DNA from: the human T2T-CHM13v2.0 reference genome, Homo sapiens
Assembly (NCBI RefSeq): GCF_009914755.1
Contig: NC_060944.1
Length of the DNA: 64,000 nucleotides
Reading direction: 5' to 3' (one strand)
The notes below the pieces were generated by a model that did no database searches, had not been told where the DNA came from, and worked only from the letters and a program-made list of their open reading frames with translations. Both the position numbers and the translations under genes were made by a program. Below are positions 16,549 through 32,958 of this stretch, in pieces (position 1 is the stretch's first letter; each line of letters begins with the position of its first letter).

Positions 16549-18142
16549 CACAGTGGAGAGCTTAAGAGTATCTATTTAGGCTTATTTTCAGCAGAGATGG
16601 TTCCATTTTACATCCCACTGCTTATTAGGTATGTGGCCTTGGGCGAGTTTTCTCTCTGATCCTCCGTTTCCTAATCTGTAAACTAGGGGAAACACCTACC
16701 TTGCAGGGGTTCCATATTCCATCGGCCCCAATGACTTATTTAACATTTTAAAAACTGAGCTGGATATAATTCTAGGAGTTGGACCCAACAGTAAACAAAA
16801 CAAATGAACATTCCTGGCATTATGGAGCCAGCCTTCTAATGGGGAAAACAGATGAGAAATAAAACACTCAGTCTTTTGGATAAAGTGCTTAGAATAGGGT
16901 CTGCCTGGTACATGGTAAACCCTGAATAATGTTAACTTGAAAAGCAGAAGTTGAATCTTGTTGTATGCAACCTGTTGAGGCCAATTGGGTTGCACAAAAG
17001 ATTCCTGTATCAGGGAGAAATTGTACCAACCTGGGCCTAAGATAGGGCTGGATGTACAGTAGGTGCTTCATAAATGCTCATGGGTACTTGAGGTGGTATC
17101 TCCCTGTGTGGCTGCAGGTACTGTGTCCAGTTCCAGTTGGGGTCCATTCCAGGGAGCTGCGGGCAGGCGAGGGCACCCCATGCCCAGTGGACAAGGTATC
17201 TGAGTCAGGGCCACACGGTCTGTGTGAGGAGTGAATGGCCTGCCCAGGACACCAGGAGCCGGCGCTGCTACGGGGACGGTGGTGGGGCCAAAGGGTGAGC
17301 GACAGGACTCGGGCATGGGCAGGTGTGGCTGTAGAGCCCAGGGCATCTCTGCTGCCTGAGATAGCACCCTGGGAGAGAGATGCTGCTCCCTGGCCAGGGC
17401 GGGGGCCAGCAGGGTCCCAATCCCAGGGTCCAAAGAGACCAGCCAGTTAGGAGCCGGACTCCTGCCACTTCCGGTGGTGTAAACTTGGGCAAATCTCATC
17501 ACCTCTCGGATCACTAAGTGCCTCATCTGAAGATACAGATAATGAGAGGACTTCCCCATCGGTCAGGGGTGAGGGCTAAGTGAGATTGTGCAAGGTGAGG
17601 ACCTAGGACAGTTTCTGACATCCAGAAAGTATCCAAGAAAAGGGAGCTTGCATGGTCATTGAACCCTCACGAGTCCCTTAAAGGCCAGATTTGGTTACTC
17701 TCATTTTATAGATGGGCAAACCAACTCAGAGAGGCAGTGTGACTTAGTCAAGGTCACACAGCAGGGTTTGACCCAGATTTGGCTTACATTATCCCTCTAG
17801 ACTGCCTCCCGTGGGGTGAGGGTATCTTGGAAAGCACTTCACACATACTAATTATAATACTGGCTTACATCGATTGAGCGCTTCCTATGAGTTGAGGATT
17901 ATTCCAAGCTCTTTATATTCCTTCATTCATTCAGTGTTGAGCATGTGCTAGGTACTGTTCTGGGCACTAGGGATTCTGCAGTGAAGAAAACAGCTGAGGT
18001 CCCTTCCCTTATGCAGACAGTAAGGTCCCTTCCCTTATGCTGGGAGGAGGCAGACATCGGGCAAATAAATCTATAATTTGTCAGATGGGAGATGAATGTT
18101 AGGAGAGAAAGCAGAGTAAGGATGATGTCCTGGGGGTTGTTA

Positions 18143-18433
<291 letters not shown>

Positions 18434-20134
18434 CCATTATTTTTAAAAGCCTGATCAAGGAGGGTAACAGAAAGGAGGTGATATTTGGACGGACACCCAA
18501 AGGAAATGAGGGAGGAGCCATGTGGATCTCTGGAGGAATAGCTTTCCAGGCAGAGGGACGGCGAGTGCAAAGGCCCTGAGGTAGAGCGTGCCTGCTGCAC
18601 TGAGGAGCAAGAGAGGCCATTGGGCAGGAGCAGAGTGAGTGAGGGAGAGCGTAGAAGGAGGTGAAGTCACACTAACACACCGTATGCCAATGAAACATTG
18701 CAAGAATCTAACATGGATACTTTTAGGATCTCTGCTTTCCAGATGAGTTGACTGAGATACAAAGAGGTGCCCAAGGTCACATACCTAGCAAATGGCAGAA
18801 ATGAGATTTGACCCTGAACTGCTCAGACCCCCAAGCCAAGCTCTAAACTCTAGTCTAGACTGTTTCTTACTGAACATGCTTTTCCGGTGCAGGGATTATC
18901 ACACTGTTGGAATATGAGCTCTCTCTGGGGTCTGTACAGGGAGTTCTACCATTTCCAAGGGTGTTAATTTCCTTCTTTTAAAAATTAAGCAGCCCTGATC
19001 ACTGTAAACTTAGAACAGGGAATGCCAAGGCCAGTTAGGGTGTTAGGGAGAAACGCATTTAGGCAGGAGGCATTGGATTACACAGATCTGGGTTCAGATT
19101 CCACCTCTGGCCCTGATTGGCTATGTGACTCTGGGCAAGGCCTGCACGTGACCCGGACAGTCACCACCACGTACGATTGTGGGGAGCACCCACAATTTTG
19201 CACAGCACCTGACCCCTTGTAGATACCCACTAGTGGGGGCTGCTGTCATTATCTCTAATCTGCAGAATAGATATAATAAGACGTAGTTTGTGAAAATGAG
19301 ATGTAATGGATGTGATGAACCTGGCACATAGTAGGTTCCCAGTAAATACACGTCCAACAATATTATCACACTATAGGGTGGCCCTTCCTGCCAGCCTCCC
19401 TTCCAACCTCCCTCCCGCTTACTTGTCCTAGACCTGAGATTCCACTGTTAGAGTTTCATTCTTTGGGATAGGCGCTCACTTTTTAGAGCTTCAGTTTATT
19501 CATCAATTTTTGGAAACACTTTCTAGTCTTAAGACTCTGATTAATCCCAAATTTCTCTTTTTGGACACAAATACTCTGGGATGTGAAACATGGCACTTTG
19601 GCAAGGCTGAGATGTGGGTCCCAGGGGCCACAGTACCCACCAGGAATGGGAAGGGACAGAAAGGAGAGCCAGGGCTGTGTCCGAGACAGGCATCTCTCCA
19701 CACTCCCCACCTGGGGCCAGGCTGGCAGAGCAGGTGACGGAAGGTCTCATGGGGGCATGAGCTCACCAGGAAGGACTGGCGGAGCAGGGGGATCCAAGAG
19801 AGGAGAGGCATGAGCCGTCAGCCGAATTCTTTCCACGGGCAGCTGTGAGAGCGGGCGTGCCAAGGGCATGGGCCTGGAGAGGGATTAGCCTATCAGTTGG
19901 GAATTTTTGGAGGGTTTATTTAGCTTAAGAAGTATCCCTGAGTTTGGGTCAAGCATAAGGAACATCTGCCATGAGCCACTCACCTACTGCGTGCTGGGCA
20001 CGCACCAAGCAGGTGCTTCACACGTGTGTTCACAGTTAGGCCTTAGGGGCACTTTTAGACAAGGGACATGAACTCCATTTTATATAATGATGATGGCAAT
20101 AATAATAGTAACTTTAAAATGTTATCATTTGTAA

Positions 20135-20517
<383 letters not shown>

Positions 20518-20863
20518 GTGTTTGTCATTATTGATATTATTTTGCATTTTTACAAAAGATTTGGATTACACCTACAGAAAATTGGCTTTAAAATATATGA
20601 ACAGGTTCACAAACATTTGGGAAGGTCACACACCTAGGTAGACACTGCCCAGGCAAGGAACAGAGCCTGGCCAGCCCCCGAGACCTGCACACGCCCCCTC
20701 CCTCAGTCCCTCCCTCCCCATAAAGGAGGCCTCTGCCCTGACTTCTCTGGTGATCCATTGTGCGACATCCTTGCCAGCTTTAGGAACTCGATGTGGAGCC
20801 CTCAACACTATAGTTCCATTTCATTTCGTTTTGTTTTGTTTCTTTCCAACTTTGCATCAGTGA

Positions 20864-21285
<422 letters not shown>

Positions 21286-21733
21286 CAGTTAGCTATTATT
21301 ATGATCATTTTTATTTTCTTTGCACACAGCATCTCAGATGACCTCCCCACCAACACCTCAGAGGGGCAAAGATTATTGATATCTCCATCTTCCACTGAGG
21401 AGAGAGAGGCTCCTAGGAGCCAGGTCCCAAACGCCACCTGATTCCAGAGCCTGTGCTCTTAGCCACTCCGTGGTGTGGCCCCTCAACAGAGGAGGAAAAG
21501 GGGGCACAGAGCAGTTAAGCAACTTGCCCAGCCTTGCCCAGCAGGGACGTGATCGAGCCACCTCCCCAGACCCTCAGAACTGACTCTGGAATGCCCTTGT
21601 GGCCTCTGAGGGTCGCTGGCTCTGTGGCCATCCCCAGGGTGACTTACAAGGGCCCAGTGCCCATACACTTTTAGGGCCCACAAAGACATTTTAATTTTAA
21701 TTTCTTTTAAAACCAGAAGAAAAAAACTGATGC

Positions 21734-21735
<2 letters not shown>

Positions 21736-21776
<41 letters not shown>
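21736..21776. repeat. (TAA)n microsatellite
   Basis: About 13 perfect units. Confidence 0.95.
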
Positions 21777-22376
21777 TTAGTGGATCACAAATCCAGCCTG
21801 GATTTTACTTGTCTTTATACAGTGCAGTCACAAGCTAGAGGGAGGGTCCCTGAAAGCAAACATCCCTGGAGCCCAGGAAAGCCATCATTCGACTGAGCCA
21901 GCCCCATCTCTTGCAGGAACAAGATGTGGCTGTGGCAAGCGGCCAGCCATCCCCGGTGCCGAGGGACCTGGGAGAAGCTAGGGCAGCTCCGGCATTGTTC
22001 CTGCCCTGTGGTCCACAGCCTCGTCTTCATCTAGCGTCTGCACCCCCTAACCGTCTTTCCAAAGCCTCGGGGATGGCAGGGAAACTGCAGGGCTTGGGAT
22101 CCCGCAGAACCAAAGAGTTGGGAGAAATCTGCAATTTTGAGACTGAAGGAACAAGCCTTGTCGTTATGTTGACACTGAAAATAGCTTTATGCTTCCACTC
22201 AGTGCCAGCTGAGTCACGGTCCTACTGACATCTCCTGCCCATTCAGGGCTTCCCACATTTCATCTCCCAGACACACTCTCCTGGCCCTTGCCCTATTCTC
22301 CTTATTGTATACTTAATTTTTTAATGAACTCTCTCCCTTCCCTTCCCTTTCCTTCCCTCTCTCTCTCTCTTTCTTT

Positions 22377-23137
<761 letters not shown>

Positions 23138-23548
23138 TTCTTTTCTTTACTCAAATAAATTTATTTGAAAAGAAAACTACTTAAATATATGTTTAAAGAG
23201 GAAACATTTTATCACAATTATAAAATAAAATAAACAATAATAGCAAACATTTATTAAGCACCCGTAAGAGTGCCAAGCACTGTCTCAGCCTTTTATACAT
23301 ACTCACTCATTGGATTCTGAGTTAGATGCAATGATTATCCCCATTTTACATGTGAGAAAACTGAGGTTCAGAGAGGTTTGGCCACTTTGCTGGAAGTTGC
23401 AGTTAGTGAGTGGCAGAGTGGGGATTCGAACTCAGGAGCTGCACCTACTGCTTAGGTTCCCTGCACAGTATATCAGCCTCATGAGGGCAGGGGTTTTGGT
23501 TTCTGTGTCCCTGGGCCTAAAATAGTGCCTGACACACAATAATGCTCA

Positions 23549-24010
<462 letters not shown>

Positions 24011-24109
24011 TCAGACAAGAAACCAGCCAGTGTGGAGTGATAGGAAGAACACACTCATAGCCAATGGAGACTTGCTCCTTGACAAATTAGAAAAATTATA
24101 CTGGAATCT

Positions 24110-24393
24110 TGGCACTTTGGGAGGCCTAGGTGGGAGGATTGCTTAAGCCCAGGAGTTTGAGACCAGCCTGGGCAAAATGGCAAAACCCCATCTCTAAAAA
24201 AAAAAAAAAAGATACAAAAATTAGCTGGGTGTGGTAGTGGGTGCCTGTAGTCTCAGCTACTCAGGGGGTTGAGGTGGGAGGATCACCTGAGCCTGCGAGG
24301 CAGAGGTTGCAGTGAGCCGAGATCGGGCCACTGCACTCCAGCCTGAGCAACAGAGGGAAACCCTGTCTCAAAATAAATTAAAAAAAAAAAAAA
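24110..24393 (+). mobile_element. AluJ, 5'-truncated
   Basis: Starts at gcactttgggagg. Confidence 0.9.
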
Positions 24394-24444
24394 GGCTTAA
24401 AAGGAGGCTAATTTTTTTCCTTTAGGAGTCAGTTGTTATAAACA

Positions 24445-24785
24445 TTTTTAACAGTGAATTCACATACCATGCCATTCACCCATTTAAAGTGTACAGTTCA
24501 ATTCTTTTCAGTATATAGAAAAAATTGTACAACCATCACCACAGTCCAATTTAGAGCATTTTTATCCTCCTCTGAAAGAAACCCTGTACTCGTTAGCAGC
24601 CTCTCCTTCCTCCGACCCCTCTAGCCCTCAGCAATCACTAATCTTTTTCTGTCTTTATGGATTTGCCTATTCCGGACATTTCATATAAATGGAATCACAC
24701 AATATGTGGTCTTTCGTGACTAGCTGCTTTCACTTGGCAGAATGTTTTCAAGGTTCTCCCATCTTGTAGCCTGGATCAGTACTGG
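24445..24785 (-). mobile_element. L1M (L1MB/MA-like) 3' end
   Basis: catttaaagtgtacagttca ... ggatttgcctattccggacatttcatataaatggaatca. Confidence 0.8.
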
Positions 24786-25864
24786 AGTCAGTTATTTAAT
24801 GCTACATCCTGGGTTCGGGTAAAACGACCTAAAATGTGAGTCCCCCGCTTCAGGAAGCGCCGCTGTAATGAATAAAGAACCTTTTGGGGGAATCATAGCT
24901 CAATCTCTTCCTGGTTCTAAGCGGGCAGGTTCAGGCTTCCCTGCGGTGGGGTTGGAGCAGGAGGTTTATCTTTCAGCTGTCCTTGGGACTGGGCAGGAAC
25001 TTGTTCAAATGTTACTGCTACTCTATCCTCCTTCCTAAATCAGGACTCTGGACGCTCCTGGGAATCACTGTCTGTTGCTGCTCTCTGGGAGTGTGAATGA
25101 ATCACTGGGTGAGAATGTCAGTAGCACCTGTGTGTGCTGGTCTGGGGCGAGAATCCTGGGCCAAGGGGCAGCGGAGGGGAGAAAGAAGCAGATGGCCACG
25201 AGGCCAGCAAGGGGCTGTCCGACTCGTACCCCACAGCCAGCATTCCCTGCCTCTACCCGTACACTTGTTTTGGCTGCAGGAAGCTGTTTTAGGTGGAAAT
25301 CATTTGATGTGTGTAGGTGCTGTCTTCCCAAACACACCGTGCTCGACAATTGCCCCAGCTCTGCAGGATAGACTTTTTGTAGCTCTTGGTAGCTACCCAT
25401 TTTTTCAGCCTCTAAATAGTGGTGGTGCCTGTTTTAATCCTCTCATGGATCGTGTAAAGTAGGTGATCTTTTCCCCATTCACAGATGGGAAACTGAGCTT
25501 CAGGATAGTCACATGACTTGTCCAAGTTCTCATGATTAGGAAACGTTGGAGCTGGGCTTTGAACTGGACTGCAAAGCTTGTGCTCTTGACGAAATAGGAA
25601 GGCAGAGGCTGTGGTGGGGAGCAGCTTGGTTATGGGTACCCAGAAGGCAGAGCCGTTTCTTGCGTACCATAAAATGGGACATTTACCTTGGGTACTCCCT
25701 TTGGAGTGTGTTGCTGGAACTTGTGCAGGGACTTAGGGAATCTTCTGGGGAAGAGGCCAGCAATGTGTTGGGGATGGAGACGAGGAGCACTCAGTGTTAT
25801 GTTTTGGAGCCTTGTCCTACACCTGAGGACCTCCAAGTCTATCAGTCAAGGCCCTTTGGGAAAT

Positions 25865-26390
25865 GAGTGAAAGAACTCAACCAGCTCGAGCAAGGATAAT
25901 TTATTGACTCATGTAAAGAAAATATCCAGGATAAGACTGCCTTCAGGTATGGCTGGATCCAGGGGTTTAAAGGTTGAAGCCACTGCCTCACTTTCTTTTG
26001 GCCTTGCTCTCCTCTCTGTTGACTTTGTGCTTAGGTAGGCATCCTGTGGTGGCACTAATGGCTGCCAGCAGCTCTAGGCTTTCTTCCTCCCCATTCTGCA
26101 TCACAAAGCTGAAGACAGCATCTCACTTCCAATGGTCTCAGTCTCAGCTACAGGTCTGGGGTTGCTGCTTATTGACCAGGCTCATCTCACACCCCTGGTT
26201 CATATTCCTGAATCAATGGGTGGGGGGAGGGTGGGGGAATGCACTGTTTTGATTGGCCGGTGCTGGGTCAGGTGCATATCCTTGGAAGTGGAGGCATGGT
26301 CAGTCCTACTTGAACCACGTGAACCAAGAAGGAAAACTCGGGACCCTTGTATCAGAAGCAATGGGAATGGATGCTGGGAATGTTTCAGGC
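25865..26390. mobile_element. Old MaLR LTR
   Basis: ccttcaggtatggctggatccagggg MLT1 motif. Confidence 0.55.
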
Positions 26391-27786
26391 CACAGACATC
26401 CTCCTCGTGGGTGGCAGAGAAGCCACCATTCATCTCTGTGGCTTTGCTGCCAACTTGCCATGGGACCTTGAGCAAGCCACTTCCCTTCTCTGAGCCTCAG
26501 TTTCCTCATCTGAACAGCGATGATCTTTAAGGGCCCATACAGCCCTGAACTTTTGAGGCCAACAGGGTTTGTCTAGCCAACAGCCTGGCATCCTAGCTTG
26601 ACAGGTCCAAGCTAAGGCTTAGGAATGCATGGCCTTCAGAAACCCTGGGGTCGAACCTGGGGCTGGGCGCCTGGCCTCTTGTTCTTGCCCATCCTGGCAG
26701 GGTACAGCCTGTGATGTGGGAGGGAAGGGTTCTGAGGAGGTTTCTTTGCACATCCCCAGCATTCTCCGTCTATAATTGGCTCCAAATGAAATGATCTCAT
26801 CCCTGAACACTGAGGAAGAAAGGGTGGGGGTGAAGCTGCTCGCTGGCAGCATCTGACATAGTTTATGACTAACCCGCTTCCCTCCCGAGGCAGGGAGAGA
26901 CGGTCCGCTCTCTCGAAGACAATGTACAATTTTGAAAAAAAAAATAAAAAAGTCTTGGTAAATAGATTGAGGAGGCTCCAGCCTCCTGGGCTTTTGGGAG
27001 GCCCAAGGCATTTTTCCCCTCTGCCCAAACCAGGTATCTTTTGCCCATTGCTCACAAGTCAACGTGACCCGTGCTATTACCATTCCCCAAACTTTTCACG
27101 TCAAACCCTGGCCGGGAAGGTGGTCAATGTAGCCAGTCCATCAAGCGATTTGTCCCATATGGATTCTCAATTGAGTTTTGTGGCCGGCTGGAGCTTGTTT
27201 AAATGCCCATACATTAATTTTGAAAGATGAGCTCCTAATCAACTTTTAAAAAGCTTGTCACAGCACCATCTGTTTGGCGTTTGTCACTATTGCATTACAT
27301 AAGAGGAAAGACATTTTTAAAGAATGCGGCTACATTTAGTAATTGGATCGCCGGAGAGAAGCCAAACCGGGGCGGATGGCACCGTGATTCAGAAATGCCA
27401 CGGGCCCTTCTCCGGGGTGTGGCGGCCTCCCCAAATTCCACGCGGTCTTGGCAGAGACCTGAGTGCAGCCCAGCTTGGGAGACAGGCTTGGGGTGGCTTC
27501 TTTTCCTCTTGCCTTGGTCTTCCTCTTATTTTTTCCATTTGTTCTCCCTCACCCCTTGCTACCCCAGTATTAGCAGTGACCAAGTGGCTTTACTTCCCTG
27601 AGTCCCAATTTCCTCATCTGGAAAATGGGATTCACAAGAGCACCATCTTGTGAGGTTTAAATGCATTAATGCCTACGGTGCCTGGCACGTGGTGAGTGCT
27701 TTATAAAGTGTTGCTATTTTATAAAGCTATGTCTGATGCATAGTAGGTGCCAACACATGTTCATTTTCCTTCCTTTTTCCCTTCCC

Positions 27787-28092
<306 letters not shown>

Positions 28093-28144
28093 CCTTCCTT
28101 CCATTTAATTCAACAAGTTCTTAGGAAGTGCCCACGTTTGAGGC

Positions 28145-28315
28145 AGAGCTGGCATCATGCACATGCACAGCCATTTGCACAGGGCCCCACACTCACAAGA
28201 ATGCTGAGCTTGGTTTAGCGTTCTGCTGTCGCTGGCTTGACATTCTTAATTTTTGAACAAGGGGCCCTGCATTTTCATTTTGTACTGGACCCCACAAATT
28301 ATGCAGCTGGTCTCA
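28145..28315. mobile_element. MER91A-like hAT-Tip100 element
   Basis: ttgaacaaggggccctgcattttcattttgtactggaccccacaaattatg. Confidence 0.65.
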
Positions 28316-29604
28316 TCTGGAGGTCTAGAATGATGCTATGTCTTATTTGACCGTCTGATATTTAAAATAACAATAGAGTCAACGTTTTAAAATCAGGAGA
28401 GTTCACACAACAGTCTGGCTTATTTTAGAAAATTAGAACATCTTGCCACTGTGAGTCTGCATTCCCACACACTGCCACATGGGCTGGAGCTGGAGTCCTC
28501 TATACAGGCCACATCCGCCACTGTCCCCACCACTCCTGGAGGCTTTGGACTGAGTCTCTTTGCTCATTTATAGAGCTTCCAGCATGGTAGCTGGGATCAT
28601 GGGCTTTGCAGCCAGGTATGTGTTCAGCTTTTCTGTTAATCATCACAGTAACCTCTCTCTTAGGGTAGTAAGGATTAAACTAGTTAATATAGGCAAAGCA
28701 TCTGGAATATGTTGCACTGTTATTGCTACTGTTCTGCTTTATCCTGGTGCAGAAGCTCAGACCCCCAGTCTGAGGGCTGCCCCTCCGGGAGCTGGAAGCT
28801 GCGCCTGTGGCAGCTGGCTATGAAAGCGTCTCTTTCTGCTGTCCCACACAGCAGCCGTTGTCAATGTCCACTTTCTCTCCCTCCACCTGCAGCACCAGAG
28901 TTCACACCTTGGGCCCGCCCTCCTAGCATTATTTTGAGAAAAGGGCCTTCTGTCCTGTAAATAGGCTGAGTCATCCCTGCCTCAGGGCCTTTGCACACGC
29001 TGCACTTGCTTCCTAGAATACTTCTTTTCCCATCGCTTTGCTTGGCCATCTTCTCCTTTTGGTCTAGCTCAAATGGTACTTCCTCAGGGAGGCTTTTCCT
29101 GATCGCCTAAGAAAAGTAGCCCTGTTTTCTTTCCCCTGTCATACACATTCGCCTATATTATTTTCTTCCCAGAACTGGTTTGTTGTGTATCTCCCAGAGG
29201 ACCAGGTCTGCCTTGGTCACTGTGATATCCCTAGCACTTAGGCCATTGCCTGGCACATGGTAGATGTTTGATAATTATTTATTGAATGAATGAAGGAAGG
29301 AAGAAAAGAATTCATCAACTCCTCATGACCACCCTGTAAAGCAGGGACAAGAGACCTGAGTCATGGAGAAGAGAAGGGACTCCTCAAGGTCGCACAGCCC
29401 AGAAGGGGCAGAAAGGGTGATGAGGACCTAGGTTTTCTGCTTCTACACCCCCTGTCCCCTCAACCCCCCAGGTGGGAAGCAGCAGAGACATTTGGATCTT
29501 TGGCTCGACCAGCCACCAAGAACGGGTCAAGTGTGCAGCAAGGCCCAGAGCACAGCGTCTGAGGGTGGTGAGAGCGATTCACCCAGGCAGCCAGGAGGCG
29601 AGAC

Positions 29605-29675
29605 TGTTTACAGGGGCTAGCGGCTGTCGCCATGACAACCGGACAGCCTACAGCTTCCTGCGTCACCAGGGACGC
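29605..29675. promoter_or_regulatory. Candidate enhancer core: forkhead TGTTTAC + RFX X-box GTCGCCATGACAAC + CRE-like TGCGTCA
   Basis: Motifs at 29605-29611, 29626-29639 and 29659-29665 in non-repeat, locally CpG-retaining sequence. Confidence 0.55.
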
Positions 29676-29742
29676 AGGTTTGCTCTTGGCTGGGAAGCAG
29701 TGGGGACAATGGAGTGGGGGCTGGGAAATGGGGGGACCCTAA

Positions 29743-30078
<336 letters not shown>

Positions 30079-30134
30079 GGAGTTCTCATTTCTGAGAGTT
30101 GCTTGAAGGCTGGGAGGGCCTGGTGATGCTACCT

Positions 30135-30136
<2 letters not shown>

Positions 30137-30184
<48 letters not shown>
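30137..30184. repeat. (GT)24 microsatellite
   Basis: Perfect dinucleotide run. Confidence 0.97.
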
Positions 30185-30186
<2 letters not shown>

Positions 30187-31289
30187 TGTCTGGGCTGTGT
30201 GGAGCCAAGCTGCCTGGGTCTGAATCTCAGCTTTGCCTCTTCTGTGCCGTGGCATTTTGGGCAAGTGAGTTAATCTCTCGGTGCCTTAGTTCCCTCTAAT
30301 GTAAAATAAGGTGGACAGTAGTACCTCATAGGACTGTTATGAGGATTAAATGAGATAATAGTCTCACGGCACTTACAATGCACCTTGCATTGTGCCTTAA
30401 TTCTTGACATCAATCTACATCTGACTCTAGGTTGTCTTCTTGCTGGGGTAGTGGGAAATTTGGTCTCAATCATCCTCAGGGATCCCTACTTCCCTGGCTT
30501 TTGTCATTCATTCAACAAATACTTATTGAGCACCTACTGCATGCCACGTATTGTTCTAGAGGCTGAGACCACAGCAGTGAACAAAGCAAACAAAAATCCC
30601 TGGCAGAGTAGAGCTAACATTCTAGTAGGGATAGATAGACATTAAATATGACAAAAAGGAAAATAGATATTATATCAGATGACAATAAGAAGAAAAAGAA
30701 AGCAGGGCTGGAGGATTCCAACTGCAGGGGAGCTGTTGCAATTTTAGAAAAATTGATGCATGGGGATGTGAGTGTGTCAGGGAAGGCCTCACTGAGAGAG
30801 TAACCTTTGAGTACAACTTGAAGAAGGTAAAAGAGGGAGTCACAGGTTATTTGCAAGAGCATTCCAGGCAGAGGGAACAGTAAGCGCAAAGGCCCTGAGG
30901 CAGGAGCATGAGCATGTATGTGACTGTATCATGTAGTCATATCTCTTGGCAAGTCTGTGTGTGTGATGTTATGTGGCACACATTGGTGGCATATAGGTGG
31001 TTATGCCTGTCCACATGGGTGGCAATGCACATACATGTTTGTTCATGTACAGAGCTGCTGTGTTCAGTCACAGAGGCTGTGCCTGAACAATTCAGGGAGT
31101 GACATTCACACTGATTGCCATGAAATGGGACCCCCTGGTGTAGTGCAGCGCAGTGGCCCCGAGCATATATATAAGGAAATCAATGTAAAATGTCTGTGAA
31201 AATGTTCACACGTGTATGTGTCCGGATATTTAAATATAACGATATGCAAATATGTATATATGAATGTCTTTAAGATGTTGATATTTCAT

Positions 31290-31435
31290 TCCTCATGGAC
31301 TTTTGCTTCAGTATTGATTTTTAAAAAATATTGCATTAAGATATTATTTCTCTTGATTACTCAGTTTTTGGGTGCATCTTACATTTGCATCAGAGGCAAG
31401 TGCCTCACTCTCTTAATGCTGGTCCTCGCCCTGCC
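31290..31435. mobile_element. MER96B-like hAT fragment
   Basis: tattatttctcttgattactcagtttttg ... gaggcaagtgcctcactc. Confidence 0.55.
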
Positions 31436-31719
31436 TTGGAGTTGGGCAATGAATGTGCGGGAGGCAGGGATGAGGCAAGGGAAGCCTCTCCTTCTGGCTC
31501 CTTCCAGCATCTGGGCTCATCAGCACATGACTAGAATCCAAACCTAATCTGAACACATTTTGTTCCTTTAAAACAAGATTTATTGAGTGCTGACTGTGCG
31601 CCAGGGACTCTGCATACATTATTTTATTTTATCCTTACCACCATCTCTGGGGGTAGATATTTGCTCATTCCATTGAACAGACATTTGCTTAGGGCCTACT
31701 ATGTGCCAAGAGTATAAGC

Positions 31720-32210
31720 TGGCATTTGTGCTGGTCTGGCAGCCACTCCTGATTTTTCTGGTAAAAGCACCCCAGTTTTCCTTTAGGGAACCTAGCCTCT
31801 TCCCTTTACTGTCCAAGTGGTTTCACCTGGGCTTTCTGTACCCCTCCCTCAGACTCCAGGGGTGGGGGTGTGATCCAGGCGACCCAATCAGCATACTCCA
31901 TCCCTTTTGCTCCAGAGATTAGTTATAGGACGAGTATCTAACCCAAGTTGGTTCAATCAGAGTGAATCCTGGGATTTTTGCTGCCCTGTTGGGAAAAAGA
32001 GCTCTCTTTTCATCAGGATTTCTAGCTGTGAGAATTCTGTAACCCTGGAATTCCCAGTGAGAGTCTACTACATGGAGAGAGAGAGAGAGAGGAAAAACTC
32101 ATCCCTTATGACATCTTTAAAGCCCCTGGATCCAGCCACACCTGAAGTCAGTTACCCTAAGATTTTTCAATTCTGTGAGTTTATACTTGTTTTTCTTTTT
32201 AAAAGCCAGT
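31720..32210. mobile_element. Old MaLR LTR (MLT1)
   Basis: gcccctggatccagccacacctgaag, in opposite orientation to the copy at ~4100. Confidence 0.6.
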
Positions 32211-32664
32211 TTGAGAGGGAAGCTGAAATCCTGTGCTTGGCATCTTTGTACATTATCTCCTTTAATTCAGAGATGAATCCCATGGGGAAGGGGCTCTGAT
32301 TGTACAAGAACTGATCCTCAGGGAGGGAGGTGACTTATCCAAGGTCACAGCAGGTTGGTAGTTGGAGCTTGAATTCAAGCCCAGGTCTCTACTCCTGAGC
32401 CGTTCTGCCATTCCACATGGTCTGACCTCTGGACAAGAGGGTTTGTGTGAGTATTAGTGACATAGACCCGAGTCCTGTTATGGCCACTGTTTTGCTCTGT
32501 GACCTTGATCAAGTCATTTCTCTAATATGAGCCTCAGTTTCCCATCTGGAAAAATGGTAGTGCTTACCCCATCATGCTGTCGTGAGATGATCCATGAAAG
32601 TAAAGTACTCAGAACAGGGCTAGACATGCAGCAATGAACATAAACTATTATTACCATGGCTCTC

Positions 32665-32958
32665 TTTTTTTTTTTTTAGAAAATTTTTTTTTAAATTTCA
32701 TAGGTTTTTGGGGAGTAGGTGGTATTTGGTTACATCTTTAGTGGTGATTTGTGAAATGTTGGTGCACCCATCACCCGAGTGGTATACACTTCACCAGAGC
32801 AGTATACACTGAACCCAATTTATAGCTTTCCATCCCTCACCCACTTCCCACCTTGCCCCGCAAGTTCCCAAAGTTCATTGTATCATTCTTATGCCTTTGC
32901 ATCCTCATAGCTTAGCTCCCACTTATGAGTGAGAACATAATGTTGGTTTTCCATTCCT
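32665..32958 (-). mobile_element. L1PB/L1MA 3' end
   Basis: Poly(T) then ggtgcacccatcacccgag ... cttagctcccacttatgagtgagaacat. Confidence 0.85.

Noticed and set aside
17997-18040. 18-bp direct repeat aggtcccttcccttatgc (period 26)
   Set aside because: Small slippage duplication inside an L2 remnant with no sign of function.
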